This document shows positions 37,120 through 47,416 of a DNA stretch of 64,000 nt, in pieces. The stretch lies in the IMG/VR virus record IMGVR_UViG_3300025707_000484, one strand, 5' to 3'. Each line of letters begins with the position of its first letter. The stretch's first letter is position 1. Made by a program: the position numbers and the translations under genes. The notes under the pieces are model-generated. The model saw only the letters and a list, made by a program, of their open reading frames with translations. It had not been told where the DNA came from and made no database searches. The DNA comes from a virus (taxonomy: Duplodnaviria; Caudoviricetes).

Positions 37120-37903
37120 TTTTATACTCATAATATATTTTATTTGTAATTTCAACACAATATTCTTTTAATTTTTCTATATCAAAATTTATTGGTGTAA
37201 AATGCATATCTAAAATTGGTGCAATATGTTTAATATAAAACTCTATATGAAAAGATGGCATTGGAGACATGAATCTTGGATCTTCAAATATGCGATACTG
37301 ATAATGATCACTTTCTTTATATAAATCATATATTGGCGTATGTATTACAAACTTATCCCATTTAATATTATTCCGTAAATGTGATAATTCTTCTGTATTG
37401 TCTATAAATTCAAAATCAAAAGGATATCCATAAAAGAAATAATAAGGAATATTATGTAACTCACACAAATTTTGTACATCAAGTATTTGTTCTAAGTCTT
37501 TTAAATGATCATATATTTTAGATTGTATATATAACTCTTTGATTATATTGTCTTGACTATGACTACTTGCCCAAAACCCTTTATCGTCTACAACATTTGC
37601 TTTCATGTCTACAATAAAATTTCTTAAATTAAATGTTTTTATTTGCTTTAAGACTTCAGTATCCTCAACAAACATATCTAATTTACCAATACTAGTCCAT
37701 TGTATTATTACTACTAACTCTTTATCCAAGTTTTCTAGTATATGTTTTTTACACACTCGTCCTATAAACTCATTACCTACCGCAGGTCCTCCCATAGACA
37801 AATGTTTTAATTTATGTGTAAGAATAGGGAAATGTACCCAAATTGGATAATGTTTAAATTCTCGTTGACTTATTCCGCAACCACTAGTTAGCAAATATTG
37901 CAT
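37109..37903 (-). CDS. degenerate SGNH-like protein
   Basis: LTSGCGIS, GGPAVGNEFI, IIQWT; catalytic Ser and His appear to be substituted. Confidence 0.55.
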   Translation of the reverse strand: MQYLLTSGCGISQREFKHYPIWVHFPILTHKLKHLSMGGPAVGNEFIGRVCKKHILENLDKELVVIIQWTSIGKLDMFVEDTEVLKQIKTFNLRNFIVDMKANVVDDKGFWASSHSQDNIIKELYIQSKIYDHLKDLEQILDVQNLCELHNIPYYFFYGYPFDFEFIDNTEELSHLRNNIKWDKFVIHTPIYDLYKESDHYQYRIFEDPRFMSPMPSFHIEFYIKHIAPILDMHFTPINFDIEKLKEYCVEITNKIYYEYKNVH

Positions 37904-38777
37904 TATATTGTTTCCGTGTTATAACACTTCCTTGTCCATAATGATCATATTCTATTTCATCTGGATTATTGCTACAAGCCTTACATACTATAGAGTTTGG
38001 TTTTTTAATGTTGTTAACAAACTCATCTAAATTATCATCATAACTTAAACCTGTATTAAGGTATGGTTGCCATGTTTCAGAATCTCGTATATTAAACAAT
38101 GCTAATGTATCATCTAAATTAGCAACAGCAGGACACTTGTACAATTTATTTTTATACAATGTAGGCGAATTTGGTGCTCCACAAACTTTATAAGCACCAA
38201 CAAAATCTTCATTATTAGCAGGCATTAATCTAGGACCTTCCCCCATAAACGGGCGCCTAAATTCACCAAACATATTCATATGCCATTTTATGTCAGCATT
38301 TCTATCTTTTAATTTAATAAGTTTATCAGGTGGATCAAACGGGGTTGCCGTCACTTCCCAATCAGAATGCTTTAAGAAAAATTTAACATTGTTAATATAT
38401 TCTTCAGGGGGCGGATAAAAGTGTAAACTAGTCTGTATTAAAACATTTCCTAATTCTTTACACCAACTATATAAATCTGGACGCACAAGGTAATGAAATC
38501 CATTTGTAATAAATTTAACTCGTGCTGTAGGGAAATACTCTCTAACACCAAATAGCCAACTTTTTAAATCTTTATTAAGCAGTGGCTCTCCACCCATTAA
38601 ATTAACCTCTCGTATTGTAAATCGCTTGCTCCATTCTTTAAACCACTGCTCACCATCACTCCAAGGAACATGACCTTTACGATTATAATTGGACATTACT
38701 ATACAACCTCTACAAGATAAACTGCAAGCATATTGCACCATTACATCTAAATATTTTAAATCATATTTGTTTGTCAT
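37884..38777 (-). CDS. radical SAM protein
   Basis: CSLSCRGC, MGGEPLL, ITNG; C-terminal LYKCP..CKAC. Confidence 0.9.
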   Translation of the reverse strand: MTNKYDLKYLDVMVQYACSLSCRGCIVMSNYNRKGHVPWSDGEQWFKEWSKRFTIREVNLMGGEPLLNKDLKSWLFGVREYFPTARVKFITNGFHYLVRPDLYSWCKELGNVLIQTSLHFYPPPEEYINNVKFFLKHSDWEVTATPFDPPDKLIKLKDRNADIKWHMNMFGEFRRPFMGEGPRLMPANNEDFVGAYKVCGAPNSPTLYKNKLYKCPAVANLDDTLALFNIRDSETWQPYLNTGLSYDDNLDEFVNNIKKPNSIVCKACSNNPDEIEYDHYGQGSVITRKQYNAIFAN

Positions 38778-39507
38778 TTTCTATTTTTTTATTAAACTCT
38801 TGATGTATTTCATCTCGTATAATTATATCACAATAATCACTTATTTGCCTTAATATTCTACTCTGCGAGAATAAGTGCTGTTGACGAGTATCTAAGTCAT
38901 CATAACTTATATTTAAATTTCTATCAACAACAGAATGATAGCTATACTCTGCCTTATCCCACTCTTTTTCTAATTTTTTTCTATTTTTATCTGTTAGTTC
39001 TTGTTTGCGTGAGGCAAGTATAATATCTATAGTATTCATATTATAATGTGTATTAATATACCATGATTTATCATTATTTGTAGTTAATTGTAACAACATG
39101 CCAAAGAATTCTAATTGTGTAGGCTGTGGTTGATTCCAAACTTTACGCTTAATATTACGTAATACTTGATTATGCCCTTCTTTAGAAGCAGGATATGTTA
39201 TATTAATAAACTTATAATTCTTAAAATACTTCCATATGTCATCTTCTCTATAATGTGTAGGAACTACAACATATTTGTCCTTATCTAATGTAGTAGTATC
39301 TTTATAATCATATAGTCTTTCTGGTTTAAAGTCCATACGTAATAAGTTTTGATTAAATATATCATCAACCTTATGCCTATCACCTATTTTACGCCTATCT
39401 AAAGTATTACACTCATCAGATTTACTTATAATATAGGACAGAAATTCTCCACCTGCTCCGTGCGGATAACATACAAATATAAACTTGAATTCAGGTAAGA
39501 CGAACAC
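38761..39507 (-). CDS. hypothetical protein, weakly sulfotransferase/P-loop-like
   Basis: FVCYPHGAGGEFL, VPTH, ISYDDL. Confidence 0.5.
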   Translation of the reverse strand: MFVLPEFKFIFVCYPHGAGGEFLSYIISKSDECNTLDRRKIGDRHKVDDIFNQNLLRMDFKPERLYDYKDTTTLDKDKYVVVPTHYREDDIWKYFKNYKFINITYPASKEGHNQVLRNIKRKVWNQPQPTQLEFFGMLLQLTTNNDKSWYINTHYNMNTIDIILASRKQELTDKNRKKLEKEWDKAEYSYHSVVDRNLNISYDDLDTRQQHLFSQSRILRQISDYCDIIIRDEIHQEFNKKIENDKQI

Positions 39508-39518
39508 ACTAATACTTA

Positions 39519-39956
39519 TTAGCGTTTCTTACCTTGATGAAAAATATCGTCCTCAGTTACTATTCTAAAACGAATACCTTGACGTTGACACCATTTATTT
39601 GCCGCTTCCCATTTTGCGTGATTCACTGCTACGTGTGCTTGATTATATTTGCTTTTACCAGCATGTTCTGCCAATGTTTGACTTTTAGGCTTAATTTCTA
39701 TTAGCTCTGCTCTGCGTTTACCACTACTATCATTATATGCAATAAGAAAATCTGGAACATATTGTGTTTGTTTACCTGTTAGTGGATTTCTATAAGGTAT
39801 TCTAATTGATTCACTTGCCCACTCTGTGATGCCTGGATGATTATCACAAAATTGCATAAAAGCATATTCCCAACCGCTTCTATATTTTGGGCTTTTTGTT
39901 CCTACATATTTCTTGCCATTTTTAGGAAGGAAACGACCTTGGGCAAATTTTGCCAT
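39519..39956 (-). CDS. gp4: head completion nuclease (gp4/TnsA-like)
   Basis: YRSGWE, YVPDF, IEIKP, KWEAA..WC. Confidence 0.88.
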   Translation of the reverse strand: MAKFAQGRFLPKNGKKYVGTKSPKYRSGWEYAFMQFCDNHPGITEWASESIRIPYRNPLTGKQTQYVPDFLIAYNDSSGKRRAELIEIKPKSQTLAEHAGKSKYNQAHVAVNHAKWEAANKWCQRQGIRFRIVTEDDIFHQGKKR

Positions 39957-39959
39957 GAC

Positions 39960-40367
39960 TTAAGCCAGTATTGCTCGTTGTATATTTGTATTAACTACAG
40001 TTGCTTGGCCATAACCTAATACACTAGTACGATTACGTGTTGAATTTAATAATATACATAATATATTATTAAGTTGAATTTTATCGTCAACCAATTCCAA
40101 TTGATCAATAAGTTCAACTGGATCCAATTGTTGTTCTTTCGCTACTTCTAATAATGTAATAGTTAAATTATCAACCGTTGATACTTCTAGCCCTTGTCCA
40201 AGTAAAAATCCTCGTACAATGTCAAATTGTGCCGGATCTACAGAATCTACCTTAGTATAATAATTATCAAAAAACTTTCTCTGCTTTACATCACTAGAAA
40301 AATTACCATCAGCATTTTCATGTATTGGCAAACTTGTGTTTTCTACAAAATTTGTATATTCAGCCAT
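39960..40367 (-). CDS. hypothetical protein
   Basis: 135 aa within the tail operon. Confidence 0.75.
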   Translation of the reverse strand: MAEYTNFVENTSLPIHENADGNFSSDVKQRKFFDNYYTKVDSVDPAQFDIVRGFLLGQGLEVSTVDNLTITLLEVAKEQQLDPVELIDQLELVDDKIQLNNILCILLNSTRNRTSVLGYGQATVVNTNIQRAILA

Positions 40368-41449
40368 TATGTACTACCACCTAAATCTGGACCACTAGCA
40401 CCACCAGAATCTCCACTACCTGCAGATTCTGCTCCACGAATTTCAGCTGCTTTTCTTAGAGTTGCTGTTGGGAATGAATTTCCAACATTCCTAGTTACTA
40501 AATCAATAGCACTAGGCAATGAATCTTTTAGTTCATTTTTAAGAATATCTCTAACATCATTGGCTCTGACTTGTTCTCTCAATTGAAAAGCACCAACAGC
40601 TGCGCCTATCAAATTGCCAGTCTTAAGATTACCATAAATATCCATACCTTTATCAAACATACCGCCTGGACCAATAACACTATTTGAACCTCTACCACCA
40701 CCTGATAACGAACTTGGTGCCTTGTCATAAAATCCATCGCCAAAATTTGGTATCTGGCCAATATTTGCATCACCATATACTATTGCGTCATAATTTAAGT
40801 TAATGGTATGTTCCATAGGGCCTGAACTATCAGACGCTTCATGTGATCCATGGTTATAATCAGTTATAACAGGATTTTTTAATGTATATGATGTACCTTT
40901 TCCTTTAGACAATGAATATATAATGATTTCTTTTATCAAATTAAGACCATATGATCTAGTAAATGTTGAATCTAAACCCCATGAGCCGCCTGGAATTTGA
41001 GCATTCTCTTCAAATGTATTACGCAATCCACCAGCTGTTCTTATATTATACTCTGCTGAACTTTTATTGCCATCACCAAAATAATATGAATAATAATTGG
41101 CTAAAAAATTACGAACATTATTAGAGTTGTCATCATGAAATGTAATAGAGACTGGTGAATAGTGTACTTTACCATAATTATAAGCAGTTCTATTATATTG
41201 ATTTAGTGTTTCAACATCAATTGAAATACCTGGCAAATCTACTGATTTAACCATAAAACCAAGTTCGGCTTGATTATATGTTTGTTGAGTTACTGATTTA
41301 TTTAAAACAATTACACAATGATAAAGATATCTGAATTTAGGTGCTAACCTAAAATTATCATGAGAAAATAAATTACTTGCATGGCGGTAGTCTTTGACGT
41401 GATCGCCAGCTGCCAAACCATGCAAGAAATTATTAAAAAAGGATGCCAT
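40367..41449 (-). CDS. tail tube-like baseplate junction protein (gp48/gp54-like)
   Basis: VKSVDLP, NQYNR, ITFHDD tube-fold pattern; follows the tube gene. Confidence 0.7.
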   Translation of the reverse strand: MASFFNNFLHGLAAGDHVKDYRHASNLFSHDNFRLAPKFRYLYHCVIVLNKSVTQQTYNQAELGFMVKSVDLPGISIDVETLNQYNRTAYNYGKVHYSPVSITFHDDNSNNVRNFLANYYSYYFGDGNKSSAEYNIRTAGGLRNTFEENAQIPGGSWGLDSTFTRSYGLNLIKEIIIYSLSKGKGTSYTLKNPVITDYNHGSHEASDSSGPMEHTINLNYDAIVYGDANIGQIPNFGDGFYDKAPSSLSGGGRGSNSVIGPGGMFDKGMDIYGNLKTGNLIGAAVGAFQLREQVRANDVRDILKNELKDSLPSAIDLVTRNVGNSFPTATLRKAAEIRGAESAGSGDSGGASGPDLGGST

Positions 41450-41454
41450 TAGTA

Positions 41455-42063
41455 TTAACCTGTGGCAATTGTTCCTGTTCCTCTACCAACTGCTACACCT
41501 ATACCGGTTTCAATTGGTGTATTAAGGGCATTATCAAAACGTATTGTTAACTGAATTGAGGCATGCTCACTTGCTGAATAACTCATATCGTTATAGTTTA
41601 CGTTTTCAATATAACAACCATACATTTCCCAAGTTTCTAAAACTACTGGTGCAGTAGATCCATTACCACCATCAAGTACTTCGTACTTTGTAGTAAATTT
41701 ATAATCTACACCTGACACTTGACTCATCTGTTCGAAAAAGTCGAATTGCTTCTGCATCTGTTCACCAACTCTGCGTGTCATTTCACCATTTACATCATCT
41801 CGTAAGTTGATTACGACTGGTTCCCATGTATGTTTGCCTAATATATTAATTCTTGAGTTATACACATCCAAAACTTGGTTCTCGAAAGAAGCGTTTGGGC
41901 GTGTAATATCGATTACGTTCTTTGTAATCTCTGATCGTGGAGTAGTAACGCCAAAATTCTCAACTATCGCTCTAAAGCGATATTTTAGTTTCGGCATCAA
42001 TGTACCCATTGATCCAGCACCACTAATTGGTACTGTAAATTTTGTTAATGACGCTACGGACAT
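41455..42063 (-). CDS. gp19: tail tube protein
   Basis: PKLKYRFR, WEPVVINLRDD, WEMYGC; follows the sheath gene. Confidence 0.85.
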   Translation of the reverse strand: MSVASLTKFTVPISGAGSMGTLMPKLKYRFRAIVENFGVTTPRSEITKNVIDITRPNASFENQVLDVYNSRINILGKHTWEPVVINLRDDVNGEMTRRVGEQMQKQFDFFEQMSQVSGVDYKFTTKYEVLDGGNGSTAPVVLETWEMYGCYIENVNYNDMSYSASEHASIQLTIRFDNALNTPIETGIGVAVGRGTGTIATG

Positions 42064-42100
42064 ATTATTCTCCTGTTATTATCAATATTTATCCTATTCA

Positions 42101-42123
42101 TGGGGCGGTTTTACGCCGCCCCA
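42101..42123 (-). other. GC-rich hairpin between sheath and tube genes
   Basis: TGGGGCGG/CCGCCCCA stem; no U-tract on the coding strand. Confidence 0.6.
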
Positions 42124-42140
42124 AAAATAATAATAGCATA

Positions 42141-45100
42141 TTATAATTTTGCTATTTCACCTGTATTTTTAAGTCTTATTGGAATGTAAATAAATTCTAA
42201 TGATTTAACTGGCTCAATCGCTACGTCTACGTATAGTTCGTTACGATCGATGCGTGTTGCTGTATTATTAGAATCATCACATACGACCAAGTAATCGTTA
42301 AGTGCTCGTTTTGCCATCAATTCGTTACAAAACGACTCAATTACACCTTTAATTTCATTACGTGTAAGTTCATCATTTGGTTCGAAGATGAATGGTTTGG
42401 CCATGAGGTCCAATTGGCGCCTCATGTATGAAACAAGCCTTGAAACGTTAACTCTGTCAATTGCAGAAGATGTTGAAGCGCGGGATTTATTACCGAAATT
42501 CATTAAACCACTACCATTAATAAAGGTAATTGGGTTAATTCTGTCAGCATATAATACATCACGTAGTCCTTCACGTACAGCTATACTTTGAAATTCGTTA
42601 GTAGCTGTGTCAATATAACCAATAGCAGTAGCGTTAGAAATCTTACCACGGTTTGTGCCTGCGGCGGCAAACCATTGGTAACCAACACTATCATTATAAG
42701 CCATTGTACGTAAAATCATGTGACTTGCTGGTACTACAATTGCGTTACCTGCTAGATCACTTGAATATCCTGAAGGATAGTATACACTCATATAAGCATT
42801 ATTAGTTACTAAACCATCTTCGCCGTTGTCTGTTGCGGCATTAGAGTTTTTACTCCAAACTTGCAAATCAGCGGCATTAGCTGATAAACGTAGAGGTGAA
42901 TCGGCAATGATATGTGCTGTTTCTTTTCTATCTGTGTTTAGTGTTGCCATATTAGCAATTAACTCTGGATAACCTGGAGCGGCAAGTAAGTTAAACTGAC
43001 GTTGCTCTTCTCGGATATCTGTGTTTGCATCAATTGCAGACTTCATTGCGGCAACTACAACTTGACGTTGTGATTTACGACCGGCATACATAGAACCGTT
43101 TGTTTTATTACCTGCGGCATTCTGCCAACGATCTGGATAGTAATCACCAATTGAATCTGCTGGACCAAAACGCGGGTTTCCTGCGGCATATGTAGTTGTG
43201 TTTATGGCCTCTTTGATATACCGTTTAACACTGTATCCACTACGACGTGTATTCCATAATAACATGCCACGTGGTGAACTTGCTGGGTTTGGTGCGTCTG
43301 GATCTAAGAAATGATCAGTTAATAGTGAAACAATACTACTTGCTGTACCTGCACCAATTGCTGATACACCACCTGCTATTGCATCTGCTTCTGTTTGCCA
43401 TCTTGCATCAGCAAACAACACACCATTACTTGATGTTTGATCTGAACCATCAATTAACACCCATTTTAATGTTTGATATCTATATAGTTTTGGAAAATTT
43501 TCCAAATCTGAGGTATCAATCCACAAATCACCATTTACAAGTGCGGTTGTATCCGACTGTTTTAATGGTGCTGATGCGGCAAACTGTGGACCTGCTGGAT
43601 CTGTTGCTGTTAAATCAAAGCCACGGAAATCAGGATTTATTGATCTATAACCTTTCCAAGTTGTACCATCATGAACCATAATATCAGCTGCTAATGTTGT
43701 ATCATACCAATAAGTACCATGAGATGGATCTGTAATTGGTTCGGTTGTTTTTGCTTCATATGTTAACTCTTCCCAGTTTGTACCAATTAAATCAGCATTC
43801 GGTAATGAATAAACATTGGTTAATACATTATTAATACCAGCATCTGCTAGTGGTGTACCTGATGTATCACGCAATATTAAATTACCACCTTTAGCATGTG
43901 AAATACTTACTGCGCCAGATGATTCTACTACGGCTGATACGTCTGTAATACTAGCAAGTGCTACGGCGGCAACAAAATCTGTTGCAGTTGTACCACCTAA
44001 TGTTACTGTTGTACCACCAATAGTAAATGTTTCAGCATTTACAAAACTTGGTGAAGTTGTAGCACCAATTACTTGTGTTGCTGTATTTCTTGCACGGCGA
44101 TATGGTTTTAATGACAATGCTTCTACTTCATTAACATCATGATCAACAAATAATGTACCTACTGCAATTGTTCTTGGATCTGAACTGCCCAAACCTGTTG
44201 TTGCGGCAACGATTGTATCGTATGCTGTAACTGTTTGTGCTGTCCAAACTTTAGTTGTAGCTGAATATGATTTAATAACCATATCAACGGCATTATTTTG
44301 TTTATCCAACTTCATCCAAGTACTGCCTGTTGGACGTGATGTTGTTGCTGTTGTTTCCCAACTTGGAACTATTGTATAAGAACTTGATTGGGTTACTGGA
44401 CTTGCATATGTTCCAGCAGTTAAACCTAATGTTGCCAATGGTGTACCTGCTGAATTGGCCAATGCAACCTTACCATCTACTAATGTACCATTACTTGCGG
44501 ATGAGCCAATAGCATAAATTTCAATCTTGTTGTTAACTACAGCGGCTTGAACACCTTTTTTAGCTGCTGTACTACCGTCCATTGCTCCGTTGATTGCGGC
44601 AACAACGGCAGCTGCGTCAGCCATGGCTGAAACACTAATTACAGTTGTGTTAATAAGAATAGCATCACCTGATGCCATTGCTGGTGGACTTGCCACCGTG
44701 CCTGCAGTTGTAGGATGACTAGATGCCCATGTAGCATCTTTAGTTGCGCCTGAATGTGCGGCAGTTGTTGCCGTACCATCGCCTGCTAACTTCCATGTAT
44801 TACTTCTATTTTTGTAATATACTGCGTTACTTGTTGTCGTTGTAACTACAGCATACTCACCAATTGAGCCGAACGAAGCAACTGGTACACCACCACTATG
44901 TTCAGTGGCTAATGTTACTAATTTGGGTACCTTATTTGTAAAAACTTGAGTTGTTGCATTCCATTCATGAATGCCCCATTTTGTGCTTGTGAGGTCTAAC
45001 CAGTGTGTTCCTGTAACTGGTGTGCCTGATGGAGTTGAAGCAGAACCTGCTAATTCACTCAAATTTACATTTGCTCGTAATACATATGCTCTGTTGGCCA

Positions 45101-45407
45101 AACCTAAGTATGAATATGCAGCTTGCAAACCATACTCGTTTAATTCGTAGCCATGTAACATGGTACCTGAAGTACTTTTATAAAAAGTAGGGGTACCGTA
45201 TGTTGTGGCTAATTCTCGTTGTGAAGTCATTAACTGAACTTTGTTTGCGTTTGCCGCGGTTGTTCCTGCCGCTGTGCCTGAACCTGAACCTTGTGTTTTA
45301 TCTTGTGATGTTGCAACAAGAATCAAAGGCACTGTGCCTGGATCAGAAGTAACATACGCTGACTCATTCGTTACCGAAACTTCTACACCTGGGGATACTA
45401 AAGCCAT
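42141..45407 (-). CDS. gp18: contractile tail sheath protein (with large insertions)
   Basis: MALVSPGVEV; C-terminal RINPI, DRVNVSRL, FEPND, VVCDDSNN. Confidence 0.95.
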   Translation of the reverse strand: MALVSPGVEVSVTNESAYVTSDPGTVPLILVATSQDKTQGSGSGTAAGTTAANANKVQLMTSQRELATTYGTPTFYKSTSGTMLHGYELNEYGLQAAYSYLGLANRAYVLRANVNLSELAGSASTPSGTPVTGTHWLDLTSTKWGIHEWNATTQVFTNKVPKLVTLATEHSGGVPVASFGSIGEYAVVTTTTSNAVYYKNRSNTWKLAGDGTATTAAHSGATKDATWASSHPTTAGTVASPPAMASGDAILINTTVISVSAMADAAAVVAAINGAMDGSTAAKKGVQAAVVNNKIEIYAIGSSASNGTLVDGKVALANSAGTPLATLGLTAGTYASPVTQSSSYTIVPSWETTATTSRPTGSTWMKLDKQNNAVDMVIKSYSATTKVWTAQTVTAYDTIVAATTGLGSSDPRTIAVGTLFVDHDVNEVEALSLKPYRRARNTATQVIGATTSPSFVNAETFTIGGTTVTLGGTTATDFVAAVALASITDVSAVVESSGAVSISHAKGGNLILRDTSGTPLADAGINNVLTNVYSLPNADLIGTNWEELTYEAKTTEPITDPSHGTYWYDTTLAADIMVHDGTTWKGYRSINPDFRGFDLTATDPAGPQFAASAPLKQSDTTALVNGDLWIDTSDLENFPKLYRYQTLKWVLIDGSDQTSSNGVLFADARWQTEADAIAGGVSAIGAGTASSIVSLLTDHFLDPDAPNPASSPRGMLLWNTRRSGYSVKRYIKEAINTTTYAAGNPRFGPADSIGDYYPDRWQNAAGNKTNGSMYAGRKSQRQVVVAAMKSAIDANTDIREEQRQFNLLAAPGYPELIANMATLNTDRKETAHIIADSPLRLSANAADLQVWSKNSNAATDNGEDGLVTNNAYMSVYYPSGYSSDLAGNAIVVPASHMILRTMAYNDSVGYQWFAAAGTNRGKISNATAIGYIDTATNEFQSIAVREGLRDVLYADRINPITFINGSGLMNFGNKSRASTSSAIDRVNVSRLVSYMRRQLDLMAKPFIFEPNDELTRNEIKGVIESFCNELMAKRALNDYLVVCDDSNNTATRIDRNELYVDVAIEPVKSLEFIYIPIRLKNTGEIAKL

Positions 45408-45554
45408 AATTTTTTCCTCTATAAAATTTTAATTAAAATTCTACATCTTTATTTGATGTATTTTGATACTAGTATTTATTTGAATACATTAAAATACGCG
45501 TCGATACACACTCATAAAGGGTATTGAAAAGGGTTCCATAAAATAAATACTATT

Positions 45555-45911
45555 ATGAAACATGCTGAAAGACCACTCTGTCAATGTGGTATGCGACCTG
45601 TTGCTGTAAATTATTATAAAAAAGGTATAGCACATTATAGAACTCAATGTGATAAGTGCATACGACAGGACAAAAAACTAGAAACAACATCCCATACAGA
45701 ATGGAAAGCTAGCGGGTATACTAAAAAAATTCAATGCGAAAGATGTGGATTCAACGCAGATCATTCTATACAACTAGATGTATATCATCAAGATGGAAAT
45801 AGAAAAAACAACGATTGGAAAAACTTAAAAACAGTGTGTGCTAATTGTCACAGAATTTTATATATTACTGGGAAAGGTTGGAGACAAGGCGACTTAATTC
45901 CGGACTTTTAA
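45555..45911 (+). CDS. HNH-like Zn-finger endonuclease
   Basis: Four Cys pairs; H.DGN..NN..NL..VCANCH. Confidence 0.75.
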   Translation: MKHAERPLCQCGMRPVAVNYYKKGIAHYRTQCDKCIRQDKKLETTSHTEWKASGYTKKIQCERCGFNADHSIQLDVYHQDGNRKNNDWKNLKTVCANCHRILYITGKGWRQGDLIPDF

Positions 45912-46521
45912 CTGCTTCTGCTAAATCTTCTAAAGTTCCATTATTAACTATAACGTAATCTTCAGTACATCCTGTCCACGAAAATTCACTAGCATGAACT
46001 TCAGGATATACTCTTGGCATCATAGGATTATGTGCAATATTTTCTCGTTTCGCATTATCTTCAACAGCAGTATCCCACCATGGTGGATCTTCACCGCGTT
46101 TAACTCTAACAATTTTACCTTCTAATCGTTTAATTAACTCTATCTCATTAGGAAAACGACAGTCAGTTATAATAACATTTTCCTGAATGTCTAATAGTTT
46201 TTTCTCGAAACTTAATAACCAAATATCATCATGAAATTGATCACGCCACAAATCTGTGCCAACAAGTTGTAATGCTACACGCGGTGTAAAACCAGGTTTA
46301 TCTAATCTATCTGCCCACCACGTATCTACTTTTTCCCGCCACTCTCTGCTTTTGTGGATGCTACCTTCTAATAATTCTCTATCCCAACCAAATACACAAG
46401 CACAGGTATCTTTAAGGGAATCAGCAAAACTGCCTTTAATCCAATTATCATGTTGTGCTAAAAAATAATCTGCTACGGTATCTTTACCACAACCTTTTAA
46501 TCCAACAAGTCCTATAATCAT
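45865..46521 (-). CDS. gp1: deoxynucleoside monophosphate kinase
   Basis: GLKGCGKDT, FADSLK, PRVALQLVGT, TDCRFPNE, HASE. Confidence 0.92.
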   Translation of the reverse strand: MIIGLVGLKGCGKDTVADYFLAQHDNWIKGSFADSLKDTCACVFGWDRELLEGSIHKSREWREKVDTWWADRLDKPGFTPRVALQLVGTDLWRDQFHDDIWLLSFEKKLLDIQENVIITDCRFPNEIELIKRLEGKIVRVKRGEDPPWWDTAVEDNAKRENIAHNPMMPRVYPEVHASEFSWTGCTEDYVIVNNGTLEDLAEAVKSPELSRLVSNLSQ

Positions 46522-46527
46522 TTTATT

Positions 46528-46556
46528 ATTATAACATAATTAACCACAGATTGCAA
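46528..46556 (-). promoter_or_regulatory. sigma70 promoter for dNMP kinase (predicted leaderless mRNA)
   Basis: TTGCAA-17 nt-(TGT)TATAAT, then 6 nt to the ATG. Confidence 0.7.
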
Positions 46557-47391
46557 GTAAATCTGTTTTATTTTTATAAATTCTATCTGGGGGTATTAGA
46601 TATCCCAATGTTTGTAATTTATATGCTATATTAGTATAAATCCATGGGTCTTCTTCTACAGTAATATTTTCAGTCCATTGTTCTACAATATTAGTAGTCA
46701 TATATGGCCGTGATTTAAACAAATTTTCTATAGTATAAAAGGATTCGTCATTTATATTTTTAGTTTCTATAATTGTATCTGTTTCAAAAGTTGCTTCTAT
46801 TTGATCACGAAAAAACATATAACCACCCTCGCCAATAGCATAACTACGCAAATCATGAAAATAATCACCAAAACCATTATTACTTTCATGATGCCTATGA
46901 AAATATTCAGCATTTTGTTGTAAATCATCACACATTACTTGAGAAATATGCACACAATGTCCTAGTTGTTCTCTATTGAGATGTAAAGTACCACCAAGAC
47001 CATCTAGTATTTGATTACGTATTGCATGTAGTTGTATAATAGAACTACCATGAGTTAATACAATCTTCCATTTATTATTATGAGGATATCTATCATTATC
47101 TTGCAATCTGCGACGCAGATCTTTTATAATTTCATCAACATATTTGTGATATAATACATTACTAAAATACACATTTTTATCAACAGGCAATGATTCATGT
47201 GTCCAATATATGTCTGAAAAATAATGTTCTAAAAAATCGTGCCCCCAATCTCCACGTTTATGTCCATCTTCATTACAATATTTTACTTCAAATTGTTCTG
47301 GAAATTTTGAAATTAAGTTATATGCTAATTGATTTCCTTTATGCCCGCTGGCATACGCAATCACATAGAACTTCAATGGAGACTGAGTCAT
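46540..47391 (-). CDS. hypothetical protein, N-terminus resembles that of 38761-39507
   Basis: VIAYASGHKGNQL, VLTH; TTAAATA box 5 nt upstream. Confidence 0.6.
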   Translation of the reverse strand: MTQSPLKFYVIAYASGHKGNQLAYNLISKFPEQFEVKYCNEDGHKRGDWGHDFLEHYFSDIYWTHESLPVDKNVYFSNVLYHKYVDEIIKDLRRRLQDNDRYPHNNKWKIVLTHGSSIIQLHAIRNQILDGLGGTLHLNREQLGHCVHISQVMCDDLQQNAEYFHRHHESNNGFGDYFHDLRSYAIGEGGYMFFRDQIEATFETDTIIETKNINDESFYTIENLFKSRPYMTTNIVEQWTENITVEEDPWIYTNIAYKLQTLGYLIPPDRIYKNKTDLLAICG

Positions 47392-47416
47392 AGTAATATT
47401 TAATTAAAGAAATTTA

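Noticed and set aside
39519-39956. TnsA transposase / Tn7-like element
   Set aside because: Size and position among morphogenesis genes match the gp4 head-completion nuclease; no tnsB/C genes or element ends
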